From contig CAWBZI010000001.1 in assembly GCA_963793265.1 (NCBI GenBank), positions 896,001 through 960,000 on the forward strand: a DNA stretch of 64,000 bases. The letters run 5' to 3'. The stretch's first letter is position 1. Every line of letters begins with the position of its first letter. Both the position numbers and the translations under genes were made by a program. The DNA is from an uncultured cyanobacterium (GTDB taxonomy: Bacteria; Cyanobacteriota; Cyanobacteriia; Phormidesmidales; Phormidesmidaceae). The notes beneath the pieces are model-generated. The model had not been told where the DNA came from. It made no database searches and worked only from the letters and a program-made list of their open reading frames with translations. This document shows positions 40,525-51,045 of this stretch, piece by piece.

Positions 40525-41751
40525 GTGAGTATGGTGCATCCTCCTGTTTCTAATTCGCCCGTAAGATCTAAAAAATATGAGGTAGCCGCTGCTACAGGTC
40601 GCTTCAACGGCATCAAATTAATAGCAACAGGTGTACTCGGGCTCACAGCAGCGATCGCCCTTTGGGAAGGCATTTTACGGCTCACCGTAGAGTCAAGCCA
40701 GGGCATTCACAACCACCCAGTCCTCGGCATTATCGACAGCCCAGGGCCGATGCTCCAAACCAAAGAGGGGTTCAATCGAGTCAGTCTCAACAGCCTCGGC
40801 ATGAGGGCATCTGAGCCCACACCAAAGCCCGTGGGTGAGTACAGAATTTTGATGCTGGGTGATTCTTTTATGCGCGCTGATGAGGTGAGCGATGGGCTGA
40901 ACTTTAGCGATCGCCTCCAAACCGCCCTCGATCCAACCGCCGACGCCGCTGATTCAGACCAAGCGCAGACCTTCACCAGCACCAGCAACCGCCAAACCGT
41001 AGAAACAATTCAGGTCATCAATGCAGGCAAACCCAGCGCCTCACCCGCTGGCTATCTATACGCCGCAGACTTTCACCAGCAAACCTTCGCGCCTGATAGC
41101 ACCGTTATTCAGCTAACAGAGCACGATTTCATCATGGACATGAGCAACGAATATTCGGAGTTCTATCTAGAGAAGACAGGCGAAGATACCTACAAGGTTA
41201 AACGAAATGAGGCGTTTGGTAGTGCCGATCCACTCGCTCAAAAAGTGATAGACGCTGTGCCCCAGGCGCGATCGCTCCTACAAATGTCTACCCTCCGCAT
41301 CGGCGGACGCAACCTAAACGCCGCCCTTTCTCCTACCGACTCTCACGCCGAAGCAGAAACAACCCTCTCCGCAGAAGACGAAACCGCCACCCAAGCCAAA
41401 GACGCCGCCATGGTGCGCTGGACAGTTCAGCAGCTCAACCAGCAATTCCCCAACCTGGTCATCCTTTTCATCCCCGCCATGAACTATCAAGACGCCGCCG
41501 AAGTCAGCAGCGAACCACGCAACGCCGCTATCGAAAATGCGCTCACAGCCGCCACTGCTGACCAGGACGTTCCTTTTGTTAATATGCGCGCCGACTTTCT
41601 AGCCCACTACCGCAGCGATCGCACCCACCTCAAAGGCTTCAACAACACGATTCCTGGCGAAGGCCACCTCAACGCAACAGGCCACACCCTTGTCGCGCAA
41701 AGACTCGCCCGCTTCTACCAGCAGCCCAACAGCCCACTACGGAGAAACTAA
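40525..41751 (+). CDS. SGNH/GDSL hydrolase-like protein (AlgJ/PatB-like)
   Basis: N-terminal TM, NSLGMR, RILMLGDSF, INAG, GHLNATGH. Confidence 0.8.
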   Translation: MSMVHPPVSNSPVRSKKYEVAAATGRFNGIKLIATGVLGLTAAIALWEGILRLTVESSQGIHNHPVLGIIDSPGPMLQTKEGFNRVSLNSLGMRASEPTPKPVGEYRILMLGDSFMRADEVSDGLNFSDRLQTALDPTADAADSDQAQTFTSTSNRQTVETIQVINAGKPSASPAGYLYAADFHQQTFAPDSTVIQLTEHDFIMDMSNEYSEFYLEKTGEDTYKVKRNEAFGSADPLAQKVIDAVPQARSLLQMSTLRIGGRNLNAALSPTDSHAEAETTLSAEDETATQAKDAAMVRWTVQQLNQQFPNLVILFIPAMNYQDAAEVSSEPRNAAIENALTAATADQDVPFVNMRADFLAHYRSDRTHLKGFNNTIPGEGHLNATGHTLVAQRLARFYQQPNSPLRRN

Positions 41752-41754
41752 GCC

Positions 41755-43164
41755 ATGATTTTCTCCACTCCAGAATTCTTTCTATTCTTCGGCGTCGTAC
41801 TGCTATTTCTTGTCATCGCCAAAGGCCAAAGCACCAAAAAATACTTCCTCCTAGCCGCCAGCTATTTCTTCTACGGCTACTGGGACTGGCGCTTCACCTT
41901 TCTCATGCTCGCCATGACCGTTGTCAACTACGCACTCGGCCAGCGCGTATACACCGCCTCGACACACCGTCTCAAAAAGCTCAGCCTCACAGCCGCCATC
42001 GTTTTCGACTTAGGCGTACTCGGATTCTTCAAGTACTACAACTTCTTCATCGACTCAGCCAACTACGCCCTCCAACCCTTCCAGACAGGCACAGCAACCT
42101 TCTCATCGCTCAACATCATTTTGCCAGTAGGCATCTCATTCATTACCTTCCAAGTAATGGCCTACGTCATCGACATCTACCGCGGCGTCACACCCCCTGC
42201 CGATACCTTCTGGGACTTCGCTCTCCTCACAGCCTTTTTCCCTCAGCTCGTCGCAGGCCCCATCCTCAAAGCCAAACAGTTCCTCCCCGAGCTACAAAAA
42301 AAGACTGTCATCCGCCGCCAAAATCTACTGGCCGGAATGCAGCTATTCCTACTGGGCCTCTTCCGCAAAATCGTCATTGCCGATCGCCTCGCCCCCTACG
42401 TCGATACCGTCTTCAGCACCCCTCAAGATTTCAGCTCATTCACAATCTGGCTAGCTGTAATCGCCTACGCCATCCAAATCTACTGCGACTTCAGCGGCTA
42501 TAGCGACATGGCCATCGGCACCGCCAAATGCCTCGGCTACAACATCCCTATCAACTTCAATCTCCCCTACATCTCCCGCAGCATCACCGAATTCTGGCGG
42601 CGCTGGCACATCTCTCTTTCTACCTGGCTACGCGAATACATCTACATCCCACTCGGCGGCAACCGCAAAGGCAAACCCCGCCAATACCTCAACCTATGGC
42701 TCGTCATGCTACTCGGCGGCCTCTGGCACGGCGCAAGCTGGAACTTCGTCCTCTGGGGAGCCCTACACGGCAGCGCCCTAGCCGTTCACAAATTCTACGC
42801 CGACTACATCCGTCCCAAAATCTCGCTACCCGCATCGCTATACAACGCCATCACCTGGGCCATCACCTTTCTATTCATATGCAGCACCTGGGTCTTATTT
42901 AGAGCAGCCACCTTCCCCCAAGCCTTCACCGTGCTCCAAAGCATGTACATCTGGACACCCACCGGCATCAACTGGTACGCTACCGGCCTTATCGTGGCGA
43001 TACCAGGCGTTTTTATCGCTGACTATCTCGGTCATTTGCTCTACCAGGGCCGGTTCATTCAGCTCAACCGCTTCAGCCATTGGTTCTGGCTCTCCTTCTG
43101 GCTGCTTGGACTGCTTTTCTTAGCGCCCCAAACCCCACAGCCTTTCGTATATTTCCAGTTCTAA
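41755..43164 (+). CDS. MBOAT O-acyltransferase (AlgI-like)
   Basis: LPVGISFITFQ, DFSGYSDMAIG, FWRRWHISLS, GLWHGASW; C-terminal PFVYFQF. Confidence 0.94.
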   Translation: MIFSTPEFFLFFGVVLLFLVIAKGQSTKKYFLLAASYFFYGYWDWRFTFLMLAMTVVNYALGQRVYTASTHRLKKLSLTAAIVFDLGVLGFFKYYNFFIDSANYALQPFQTGTATFSSLNIILPVGISFITFQVMAYVIDIYRGVTPPADTFWDFALLTAFFPQLVAGPILKAKQFLPELQKKTVIRRQNLLAGMQLFLLGLFRKIVIADRLAPYVDTVFSTPQDFSSFTIWLAVIAYAIQIYCDFSGYSDMAIGTAKCLGYNIPINFNLPYISRSITEFWRRWHISLSTWLREYIYIPLGGNRKGKPRQYLNLWLVMLLGGLWHGASWNFVLWGALHGSALAVHKFYADYIRPKISLPASLYNAITWAITFLFICSTWVLFRAATFPQAFTVLQSMYIWTPTGINWYATGLIVAIPGVFIADYLGHLLYQGRFIQLNRFSHWFWLSFWLLGLLFLAPQTPQPFVYFQF

Positions 43165-43200
43165 TGTCTTAGCCTGGTCAAGCCCAAAAAAATCGTACAG

Positions 43201-43240
43201 AAGTCCGCTAGGCTGCTCGAACTGAGCCTGGCGGACTTTT
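43201..43240. terminator. Terminator between the convergent MBOAT gene and psbM
   Basis: AAGTCCGCTAGGCT...AGCCTGGCGGACTTTT. Confidence 0.7.
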
Positions 43241-43264
43241 ATGTTTGGTTTAGCTAATCGAACG

Positions 43265-43375
43265 TTATGCGCCTGTGTTCTTGCTCGCGGTTTGGATATA
43301 CAGAATGAGCAGAAATACGGTGGGAACGAATACGAATAGGACGCTAGCTACAAATCCGAGTTTGTTAGTTTCCAT
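43265..43375 (-). CDS. psbM: Photosystem II subunit M (not in ORF track)
   Basis: Hand translation [36 protein letters not shown]. Confidence 0.95.
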   Translation of the reverse strand: METNKLGFVASVLFVFVPTVFLLILYIQTASKNTGA

Positions 43376-43492
43376 GAGAGCGAACCTTACTCCTAGATAG
43401 TTTTGTCAGTGATCCTGTCAAGGATCTTGGCCTCCTTAGCATATCACCCTAAGTTCGTTCTCAGCTCTGAATCAAAGCACCTTCAGGCAAGC

Positions 43493-43915
43493 TTACTCAG
43501 CAGTTACAGAAGCAGGCTCATCCGACTCAGAGTCCAGCTCAGTGCTCGATCCGAGGGCAGCTTCTGCGGCCTTCTTAGCCGCAGCCTCTGCTTTTGCCTT
43601 CTTCAAGCTCTCCTTCTTATCCGGCTTCGTCTCAACCGTCGCAGGCCCCTGAATCGTTGTCTGACAGGCCAAACGACAGCTAGAAGGTCGCTTGCGTAAC
43701 ATCTTCTCTTCTACTGCTGTACGAGGCGATAGATTCTGAGCGCCTTCTAAAATATCGACAACGCAGGTGCCGCACTGCCCATAGCCGCCACACTGGGTCA
43801 GTTTCCCCATAAAGGTATAGATGTCGATATCGTTCTCCTGAGCCTTAAATCTCAGGTTAGAGCCGAGGGAGGCTTCTATTTCCTTATTTTCTTTAACAAA
43901 CTTAATACGAGCCAT
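43493..43915 (-). CDS. 2Fe-2S ferredoxin-like protein
   Basis: [10 protein letters not shown] and RLACQ; Lys/Ala then acidic tail. Confidence 0.9.
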   Translation of the reverse strand: MARIKFVKENKEIEASLGSNLRFKAQENDIDIYTFMGKLTQCGGYGQCGTCVVDILEGAQNLSPRTAVEEKMLRKRPSSCRLACQTTIQGPATVETKPDKKESLKKAKAEAAAKKAAEAALGSSTELDSESDEPASVTAE

Positions 43916-44015
43916 GAGTTAAGCGTTACCTGGGTATTACCTGGGTTTCAAGGGCGATCGCGACTCGTCATCTACACAAAAGTCGCCAATCACGTAGCCG
44001 AGTTGTTGAGTGCTA

Positions 44016-44033
44016 GTTACACTTCTTTATACA
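44016..44033. promoter_or_regulatory. Possible HLR1 (RpaB-binding) direct repeat in the ferredoxin/psbB divergent region
   Basis: GTTACACT-TC-TTTATACA resembles (G/T)TTACA(T/A)(T/A)-N2 repeat; imperfect. Confidence 0.35.
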
Positions 44034-44359
44034 CCTTCATTTTTACATTTAGAGGGGCCAACATAAGCTAAGTGAATACATTTTCATCTAGTTAGCCACT
44101 CTAAAAAGGTGTGGAGACACTCAGATATCAGGCCGGATATCCGGTCTTTTCAGGTCTGCAAAGGCTAGAAAAAGGTCGGATATCTGGTAGCCTTATTAGT
44201 ATCTGAAGTCTTACCAAAAGACGTTCACATTCTAATTAATAAAGTGATCGCTGCTTAAATTTTAAGCTAGCGTTCACTTTACTTAGCTCAATAGTACTTA
44301 GCTCAACCATTGAGCTAGACACAATCATTTTTTTAGTAACACAAGGAGGAGCGTAGTCA

Positions 44360-45901
44360 ATGGGTCTACCTTGGTACCGAGTACATACCGTCGTCCTGAA
44401 CGACCCAGGCCGACTGATTTCTGTACACTTGATGCATACGGCGTTAGTGGCAGGCTGGGCAGGCTCTATGGCCCTGTTCGAGCTGTCTACTTTCGATCCG
44501 AGCGATCCCGTGCTGAACCCGATGTGGCGGCAGGGCATGTTCGTGCTGCCTTTCATGACTCGTCTGGGTGTGACGGGCTCATGGGGCGGCTGGGACGTAA
44601 CCGGAGCAGTTGGCGTTAGTCCTGGCTTCTGGTCGTTTGAAGGTGTAGCACTCGCTCACATCGTTCTATCTGGTCTATTGTTTTTAGCCGCTGTATGGCA
44701 CTGGGTCTACTGGGATCTAGAGCTATTCCGCGATCCACGCACAGGTGAGCCCGCACTGGACTTGCCTAAAATGTTCGGCATTCATCTATTTCTATCTGGT
44801 TTGCTTTGCTTCGGCTTCGGCGCATTCCACCTCACCGGCCTCTGGGGGCCTGGCATGTGGGTTTCTGACCCGTATGGCCTTACCGGGCACGTGCAGGGCG
44901 TCGCGCCAGAATGGGGGCCAGCAGGCTTTAACCCGTTCAACGCTGGTGGCGTGGTTGCAAACCACATTGCAGCCGGTATTGTCGGTATTATCGCAGGCTT
45001 ATTTCACCTCACCGTGCGACCACCGCAGCGCCTCTACAAGGCCCTGCGCATGGGTAATATCGAAACGGTGCTCTCAAGCTCTATTGCCGCTGTATTCTTC
45101 GCTGCCTTTATCGTGGCCGGTACAATGTGGTACGGATCAGCCACCACGCCAATTGAGCTATTTGGCCCAACTCGCTATCAGTGGGACGGCAGCTACTTCG
45201 CTGAAGAAATCGACCGCCGCGTTCAGCGTGCTGTCGCCTCCGGTGCCTCTACGGAAGAAGCCTATGAGGCCATTCCTGAGAAGCTAGCGTTCTACGACTA
45301 CGTAGGTAACAGCCCTGCAAAAGGTGGCTTGTTCCGCGTTGGCCCTATGGACTCTGGTGACGGTATTGCAACCGCATGGCTCGGACACCCTATCTTCCAT
45401 GATGCAGAAGGCCGTGAGCTATCCGTTCGCCGCCTGCCTAACTTCTTCGAGACGTTCCCTGTCGTCTTGGTAGACAAAGACAACGTATTGCGCGCTGACA
45501 TTCCTTTCCGACGCGCTGAATCAAAGTACAACTTTGAGCAGGTAGGCGTTGAGGTTGACTTCTACGGCGGTAAGCTCGACGGTCAAACCATCACTGACTC
45601 TGCTGCTGTAAAGCGTTATGCGCGTAAAGCTCAGCTTGGCGAACCGTTCGACTTCGACCGTGAAACGCTAGATTCTGACGGTGTATTCCGCTCTAGCCCA
45701 CGCGGCTGGTTCACCTACGGACACGCAGTCTTCGCACTGCTGTTCTTCTTTGGCCACATCTGGCACGGCTCTAGAACACTGTTCAGAGACGTATTTGCCG
45801 GTGTCGACCCCGACCTATCACCCGAGCAGGTCGAGTGGGGCTACTACCAGAAGCTTGGTGACCGCTCAACGAAAGCAGCCAAAGCAGCTAACAAGGTTTA
45901 G
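44360..45901 (+). CDS. psbB: Photosystem II CP47
   Basis: [19 protein letters not shown] through [17 protein letters not shown]. Confidence 0.99.
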   Translation: MGLPWYRVHTVVLNDPGRLISVHLMHTALVAGWAGSMALFELSTFDPSDPVLNPMWRQGMFVLPFMTRLGVTGSWGGWDVTGAVGVSPGFWSFEGVALAHIVLSGLLFLAAVWHWVYWDLELFRDPRTGEPALDLPKMFGIHLFLSGLLCFGFGAFHLTGLWGPGMWVSDPYGLTGHVQGVAPEWGPAGFNPFNAGGVVANHIAAGIVGIIAGLFHLTVRPPQRLYKALRMGNIETVLSSSIAAVFFAAFIVAGTMWYGSATTPIELFGPTRYQWDGSYFAEEIDRRVQRAVASGASTEEAYEAIPEKLAFYDYVGNSPAKGGLFRVGPMDSGDGIATAWLGHPIFHDAEGRELSVRRLPNFFETFPVVLVDKDNVLRADIPFRRAESKYNFEQVGVEVDFYGGKLDGQTITDSAAVKRYARKAQLGEPFDFDRETLDSDGVFRSSPRGWFTYGHAVFALLFFFGHIWHGSRTLFRDVFAGVDPDLSPEQVEWGYYQKLGDRSTKAAKAANKV

Positions 45902-46024
45902 GTGTTCAAAGCTGGTTGGAAGGGTGGCAATCGCTCATCTTTCTAACCAGTTTCATCCTCAACTCGTCAGTTTCTCCTTAAGTTTGTTACGCTCAAGACA
46001 ACAGTCGTTCATTGGAACAAGACC

Positions 46025-46123
46025 ATGGAAGCAGTTGCTTACATTTTGATTTTCGCCCTTATTATTGGTACTTTGTTTTTTGCGATCGCATTCCGCGAAC
46101 CCCCCAAAATCACAAAGGACTAA
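46025..46123 (+). CDS. psbT: Photosystem II subunit T (not in ORF track)
   Basis: Hand translation MEAVAYILIFALIIGTLFFAIAFREPPKITKD*. Confidence 0.96.
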   Translation: MEAVAYILIFALIIGTLFFAIAFREPPKITKD

Positions 46124-46203
46124 TCACACTTATCCCGAGCAGCTATTCAAACAGGCATCCCTCCTGTAGCGAAGCGTCGGACTGATAAAGTTGTAGGTAC
46201 ACT

Positions 46204-46250
46204 TAAAGGCTCAGGCGTCATCTTTCAAGGTGAGCCTGAGCCTTTATCTT
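46204..46250 (+). terminator. Terminator after psbB-psbT
   Basis: TAAAGGCTCAGGC...GCCTGAGCCTTTA then T-rich. Confidence 0.7.
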
Positions 46251-46319
46251 TATGTATTAGTTTCTCATCGCCTCGTTTTGTCGTAACGTTGCAATAGGGG
46301 AAGCTTGAGGCCCAATCCC

Positions 46320-46913
46320 ATGCAGTGTCCATTTTGCCAGCATCCCAACAATCGCGTTTTAGAATCCCGCTCAGCCGAGTCGGATAGAAGCATTCGCCGT
46401 CGCCGTGAGTGCCTGGAGTGCGATCGCCGGTTTACGACCTATGAAAGGATTGAATACGTACCGATTACAGTCGTCAAAAGGGGCGGCGACAGAGAGTCAT
46501 TCGACCGCTCAAAGCTCCTACGCGGCATATTTACCGCCTGCGAAAAAACTGGTATTAGCGCTCACACTATCGAAATGATAGTCGATGAAATTGAAGCCGA
46601 GCTTCAGCAGCAGGCCGTGCGAGAAGTGACCAGCGAAGCCATTGGGGAGCGCGTACTTGCGCGATTGCAAAAAATTAGTGAAGTCGCCTATGTCAGGTTC
46701 GCCTCCGTGTACCGGCAGTTTCAGGGCATTCGCGACTTTACTGAAGCACTTACTCAGTTAGAAGGGCAAATAGAGAGCCAACCAGAAGATTCCGTAAAAA
46801 GTGACGCTTCAAGCATCGAAAGTACGCGTTCACAGCAAAACAGTTATCCTCAGATTGAAGCCAATCCTCAATACGATGATGAGGGTCAGTTAGCCTCATC
46901 GGTCAACGTATAG
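46320..46913 (+). CDS. nrdR: Ribonucleotide reductase repressor
   Basis: [26 protein letters not shown] cone, [10 protein letters not shown]. Confidence 0.96.
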   Translation: MQCPFCQHPNNRVLESRSAESDRSIRRRRECLECDRRFTTYERIEYVPITVVKRGGDRESFDRSKLLRGIFTACEKTGISAHTIEMIVDEIEAELQQQAVREVTSEAIGERVLARLQKISEVAYVRFASVYRQFQGIRDFTEALTQLEGQIESQPEDSVKSDASSIESTRSQQNSYPQIEANPQYDDEGQLASSVNV

Positions 46914-47211
46914 TCTACGCACAGCTCACAAAATTGAGTGACTTTTATCGACTAATTGATCTATGATTAATGTTCTTGTGACAGCAGACCTCAAAGGCTT
47001 CTTTAGCCCTTCCCACTTATAAATTTAGTCCTGCAATACTGGTAGAGCTTTCAGACAGCTCTAAGTCAAGACTTTACAAGCGGTGCGCGCGCTGCTTTGT
47101 AGCTTTCTATCTAGTTCAAGCGTATTTGTTCAAAGAAGAAGGCAAAGCAAAGATTGTGTGCTCGCGAGGTGTTCACTCGTACGCGGAGAAAACTGTAGGA
47201 AAACATCTAGC

Positions 47212-48189
47212 ATGGCCAACCCGGATAACACATCATCAGCAGATATTGGTTTTACACATGAGGATTTTGCAGCACTTTTAGACCAATACGATTACAACTT
47301 TAACCCTGGCGATATTGTGCCTGGCACGGTATTCAGCATCGAGCCACGGGGGGCCCTAATCGATATTGGCGCAAAAACTGCGGCTTATCTCCCTATTCAG
47401 GAGATGTCTATTAACCGGGTCGAAGGCGCTGAAGAAGTTTTGCAGTCGAATGAGACTCGTGAGTTTTTCATCCTGACTGACGACAACGAAGATGGTCAGC
47501 TAACGCTCTCGATTCGCAGAATTGAGTACATGCGAGCCTGGGAGCGCGTGCGCCAGCTTCAGCAGGAAGATGCCACCGTTCGCTCTATTGTGTTTGCAAC
47601 CAACCGAGGGGGCGCGCTAGTTCGTATTGAAGGGCTGCGCGGATTTATTCCCGGCTCTCACATCAGCACTCGCAAGCCAAAGGAAGATTTGGTAGGTGAA
47701 GAGCTGCCATTGAAGTTCTTAGAAGTAGACGAAGAGCGCAACCGTTTGGTCTTGAGCCATCGTCGTGCTTTGGTTGAGCGTAAGATGAACGGCCTACAGG
47801 TGAGCGAAGTTGTTATCGGCACCGTTCGCGGCCTGAAGCCATACGGCGCGTTTATTGATATCGGCGGCGTGAGCGGTCTACTGCACATCTCTGAAATTTC
47901 TCACGACCACATTGACACGCCTAACTCCGTGCTCAATGTGAATGACGAAATCAAGGTAATGATTATCGATCTTGACGCTGAGCGCGGTCGAATTTCGCTA
48001 TCGACTAAGCAGCTTGAGCCCGAGCCAGGCGATATGGTAAAAAATCCTGACTTGGTTTACGAGAAAGCCGAGGAAATGGCTGAGCGGTTCCGCGAGCAGC
48101 TAAGACAGAAGGCTTTAGGGGAGAGCGGTGAAGCTCCCGTAGAGGAAGAGGAGTTTGTCGAAGAAGAAGAGTTGGTTACGGTTGAGTAG
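47212..48189 (+). CDS. rpsA: 30S ribosomal protein S1
   Basis: Three S1 domains; DIGFTHEDFAALLD; ATG 47212 after TAGGA (upstream extension in the ORF track unlikely). Confidence 0.95.
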   Translation: MANPDNTSSADIGFTHEDFAALLDQYDYNFNPGDIVPGTVFSIEPRGALIDIGAKTAAYLPIQEMSINRVEGAEEVLQSNETREFFILTDDNEDGQLTLSIRRIEYMRAWERVRQLQQEDATVRSIVFATNRGGALVRIEGLRGFIPGSHISTRKPKEDLVGEELPLKFLEVDEERNRLVLSHRRALVERKMNGLQVSEVVIGTVRGLKPYGAFIDIGGVSGLLHISEISHDHIDTPNSVLNVNDEIKVMIIDLDAERGRISLSTKQLEPEPGDMVKNPDLVYEKAEEMAERFREQLRQKALGESGEAPVEEEEFVEEEELVTVE

Positions 48190-48225
48190 GCTTTTGCCTA
48201 ACAGCATCAGCTCGTAGAATGATAG

Positions 48226-48258
48226 AAAGGGGAAGGCTTGTGGGTCTTTCCCTTTTTT
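48226..48258 (+). terminator. Terminator after rpsA
   Basis: AAAGGGGAAGGC...GTCTTTCCCTTTTTT. Confidence 0.7.
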
Positions 48259-48300
48259 ATGGCTTGAACTTAGTGCTCAAAATCGAAACATCAGCGCAAC

Positions 48301-49092
48301 ATGGCTACAATTTGCTGCTCACGGTTCCAGTCTGAGAACGTTCAGTTTGAGAATGTTCAAACAGTGCTTTTTGACAAGGACGGCACGCTAGCTAACGTAG
48401 AAAATTATCTAAAGGCGCTGGGAGAAGCGCGATTACATTTTATAAACAAGCAGGCTCCCGGACTTCAGCCCTCACTATTAGCGGCATTTGGGCTTCAGCA
48501 CAGTAATGGAACTGAGGGTGGCATTGATCCTGCCGGACTAATGGCAGTTGGGAGCCGACGAGAAAATGAAGTGGCAGCGGCGGCTTATGTAGCAGCCTCA
48601 GGGCAGAGTTGGGTAGCAGCCTTAGAAATGGTCAGCAACGCTTTTCAGAAGGCCGAAGCGTCTTTGCCACAAAAGATCACTCAAACGGTGCCCATAGCAG
48701 GCGCAGCAGAACTTTTACAGCAGCTTAAGCAATCTGGGCTGAAGCTAGGCATTGTGTCTTCAGATGTACATGCAGAAGTGGAGGCTTTTATAGAGCACTA
48801 TCAGCTTCCAGGAATTGACTGGTACTGTGGCGCAGCAGCAGAGACATTACCCAAGACGCATCCCGATTTCTTGACGTTTGTATGCCGAGCGATGGACGCA
48901 AACCCTGAGACTACGGTTATCGTAGGAGACTCGGCGGCTGACCTACAGATGGCCTCCCAGGGAGCCGCTGGCTTTATTGCGATGACGGGTGGTTGGCGAT
49001 CGCCCCCCTCAATAGAAGTAATCAAACATATACAAACCGATTTAGCGATTACAGTCATCAATCAACTCAGCCAAGTTGAAAGTTACAACTAG
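48301..49092 (+). CDS. HAD-family hydrolase
   Basis: FDKDGTL motif I; VGDSAAD motif IV. Confidence 0.9.
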   Translation: MATICCSRFQSENVQFENVQTVLFDKDGTLANVENYLKALGEARLHFINKQAPGLQPSLLAAFGLQHSNGTEGGIDPAGLMAVGSRRENEVAAAAYVAASGQSWVAALEMVSNAFQKAEASLPQKITQTVPIAGAAELLQQLKQSGLKLGIVSSDVHAEVEAFIEHYQLPGIDWYCGAAAETLPKTHPDFLTFVCRAMDANPETTVIVGDSAADLQMASQGAAGFIAMTGGWRSPPSIEVIKHIQTDLAITVINQLSQVESYN

Positions 49093-49180
49093 ATCTATAT
49101 CAATCCTTTAGATTGGTACAAAGCCCAAACTGGTGAATACTCGTAGAAGGCAAAAAAATAAGGTTAAGGAGGACTGGCTA

Positions 49181-50443
49181 TTGTCTCGTCGCTACCTGTT
49201 TACGTCAGAATCGGTTACAGAGGGCCATCCCGATAAGATTTGCGATCAAATTTCAGACACTATTCTAGATACCGTTTTGGCACTAGATCCTGAGAGTCGC
49301 GTAGCTGCTGAAGTGGTTGTCAACACTGGCTTGGTTGTGGTTACCGGAGAGATTTCCTCTACGGCAACGACTAACTTTGTAAAAGTTGTCAGACAAAAGA
49401 TTAGAGAAATCGGATATATCAATCCTAAAAATAACGGCTTCTCAGCCGATAGCTGCTCGGTGCTGATCGCACTAGACGAGCAGTCAGCCGATATTGCACA
49501 GGGCGTAGACACCGCTCAAGAAACCCGCGAGCAAACCAGCGACGAACGTTGGGACGCTATCGGTGCTGGCGACCAAGGCATCATGTTTGGCTTCGCCTGC
49601 AACGAAACGCCTGAACTGATGCCGCTACCCATTTCTTTGGCACATCGCATTTCGCAAAAGCTCTCTGTCGTCCGAAAAAGCGGCGAGCTGTCGTACCTTG
49701 GCCCAGATGGTAAAACTCAGGTCACTGTTGAGTATGAAGACGGTAAGCCAGTAGGAATTGACACTATCTTAGTGTCTACTCAGCACACAGAAACCATTGG
49801 TGAACTGAGCAGCAACGAAGACGTTCAGGCCAAAATTAAAGCAGACCTTTGGAAAACAGTCGTCCTGCCTGCTTTTGCTGGTTTAGATTTGCAGCCGTCT
49901 GAAAAGACTCGCTTTTTGGTTAATCCTACCGGCAAGTTTGTTATCGGTGGCCCTCAAGGCGACTCTGGCCTCACGGGTAGAAAGATTATCGTTGATACCT
50001 ACGGCGGCTACTCTCGTCACGGCGGCGGTGCCTTCTCTGGCAAAGACCCCACAAAGGTAGACCGTAGCGCTGCTTATGCCTGCCGCTACGTGGCCAAAAA
50101 TATTGTCGCTGCCGGTTTGGCCGATAAGTGCGAAGTTCAGCTCAGCTATGCTATTGGCGTTGCCAGACCCACCAGCATCTTTATTGAAACCTTCGACACC
50201 GGCAACATCTCTGACGACAAGCTGTTAGAGCTGGTTAATAAGCACTTTGAGCTGCGTCCAGCAGGCATTATCGAAACCTTCAACCTGCGCGGCCTGCCCA
50301 AAGAGCGCAAGGGTCGCTTCTATCAGGAGCTTGCGGCCTACGGTCACTTTGGCCGTGACGATCTTGACCTGCCATGGGAAAAGACTGACAAGGTTGCAGC
50401 ACTAAAAGCGGCTATTGAAGAGCGAACACCTGTTAGCGTGTAG
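49181..50443 (+). CDS. metK: S-adenosylmethionine synthetase
   Basis: [31 protein letters not shown] 49181 after AGGAGG. Confidence 0.97.
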   Translation: MSRRYLFTSESVTEGHPDKICDQISDTILDTVLALDPESRVAAEVVVNTGLVVVTGEISSTATTNFVKVVRQKIREIGYINPKNNGFSADSCSVLIALDEQSADIAQGVDTAQETREQTSDERWDAIGAGDQGIMFGFACNETPELMPLPISLAHRISQKLSVVRKSGELSYLGPDGKTQVTVEYEDGKPVGIDTILVSTQHTETIGELSSNEDVQAKIKADLWKTVVLPAFAGLDLQPSEKTRFLVNPTGKFVIGGPQGDSGLTGRKIIVDTYGGYSRHGGGAFSGKDPTKVDRSAAYACRYVAKNIVAAGLADKCEVQLSYAIGVARPTSIFIETFDTGNISDDKLLELVNKHFELRPAGIIETFNLRGLPKERKGRFYQELAAYGHFGRDDLDLPWEKTDKVAALKAAIEERTPVSV

Positions 50444-50480
50444 TGTTCACTGACGACAAGGTTGGATAAAACACGCTTTA

Positions 50481-50515
50481 AAAGAAGGCTTCCTAATTCT
50501 AGGGAAGCCTTCTTT
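50481..50515 (+). terminator. Terminator after metK
   Basis: AAAGAAGGCTTCC...GGAAGCCTTCTTT. Confidence 0.75.
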
Positions 50516-50574
50516 GATAGGAATGGTAGAGTTTAAATAATTGCTCGTCGTTTAAGAATTCTCAGGATCTATAT

Positions 50575-51045
50575 ATGGTTCCTTTTCCACCCTATCAACC
50601 CAAAACGCTATCTCTGGGGCCGTTAGAAGCTGAGATTCTTGGAATTTTATGGAAGCTTGGGCCGACGCCCGCTACGGTCATACACCAGCATATCTTGGCA
50701 GACATTGACCGTGAGCTGACCTACTCTTCGGTTTCAACCGTATTGAAGCGGTTAATTAAAAAGGGATGGGTGAGCTGCGATCGCACAAACCGAATCCACA
50801 TCTGGACATCCCGTGTCTCCGAGCAGCAGGCCGAAATCCTCAAAGCGCACGAACAGCTCCATCGCTTCTTAGCTGTCGGTAGCCCTGAGATCGTAGCTGC
50901 CTTTGCCGATACACTAGACGACCAAAGCCTAGAGCAGATGGATGCGATCGCTCAAAAAATTCAGGCCGCTCGCAAAGCCAGAGAAAACGCAGCCGCCACT
51001 ACTAATGAGCAATCACCTGAGGCGTCATTGGAGCAAGACTCATGA
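50575..51045 (+). CDS. BlaI/MecI/CopY-family repressor
   Basis: LGPLEAEILGILW, LTYSSVSTVLKRL.KKGW. Confidence 0.9.
   Translation: MVPFPPYQPKTLSLGPLEAEILGILWKLGPTPATVIHQHILADIDRELTYSSVSTVLKRLIKKGWVSCDRTNRIHIWTSRVSEQQAEILKAHEQLHRFLAVGSPEIVAAFADTLDDQSLEQMDAIAQKIQAARKARENAAATTNEQSPEASLEQDS

Noticed and set aside
43403..43699. 98-aa plus-strand ORF
   Set aside because: Antisense to the ferredoxin gene; no protein-like motif
44280..44320. TACTTAGCTCAA direct repeat and hairpin upstream of psbB as a CRISPR or ncRNA
   Set aside because: Only two short copies with no spacer structure; probably ordinary 5' UTR structure
45681..46049. 122-aa ORF overlapping psbB and psbT
   Set aside because: Alternative-frame overlap of two established genes
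49092..49181. SAM riboswitch before metK
   Set aside because: Short AT-rich spacer with no SAM-I/II core motifs
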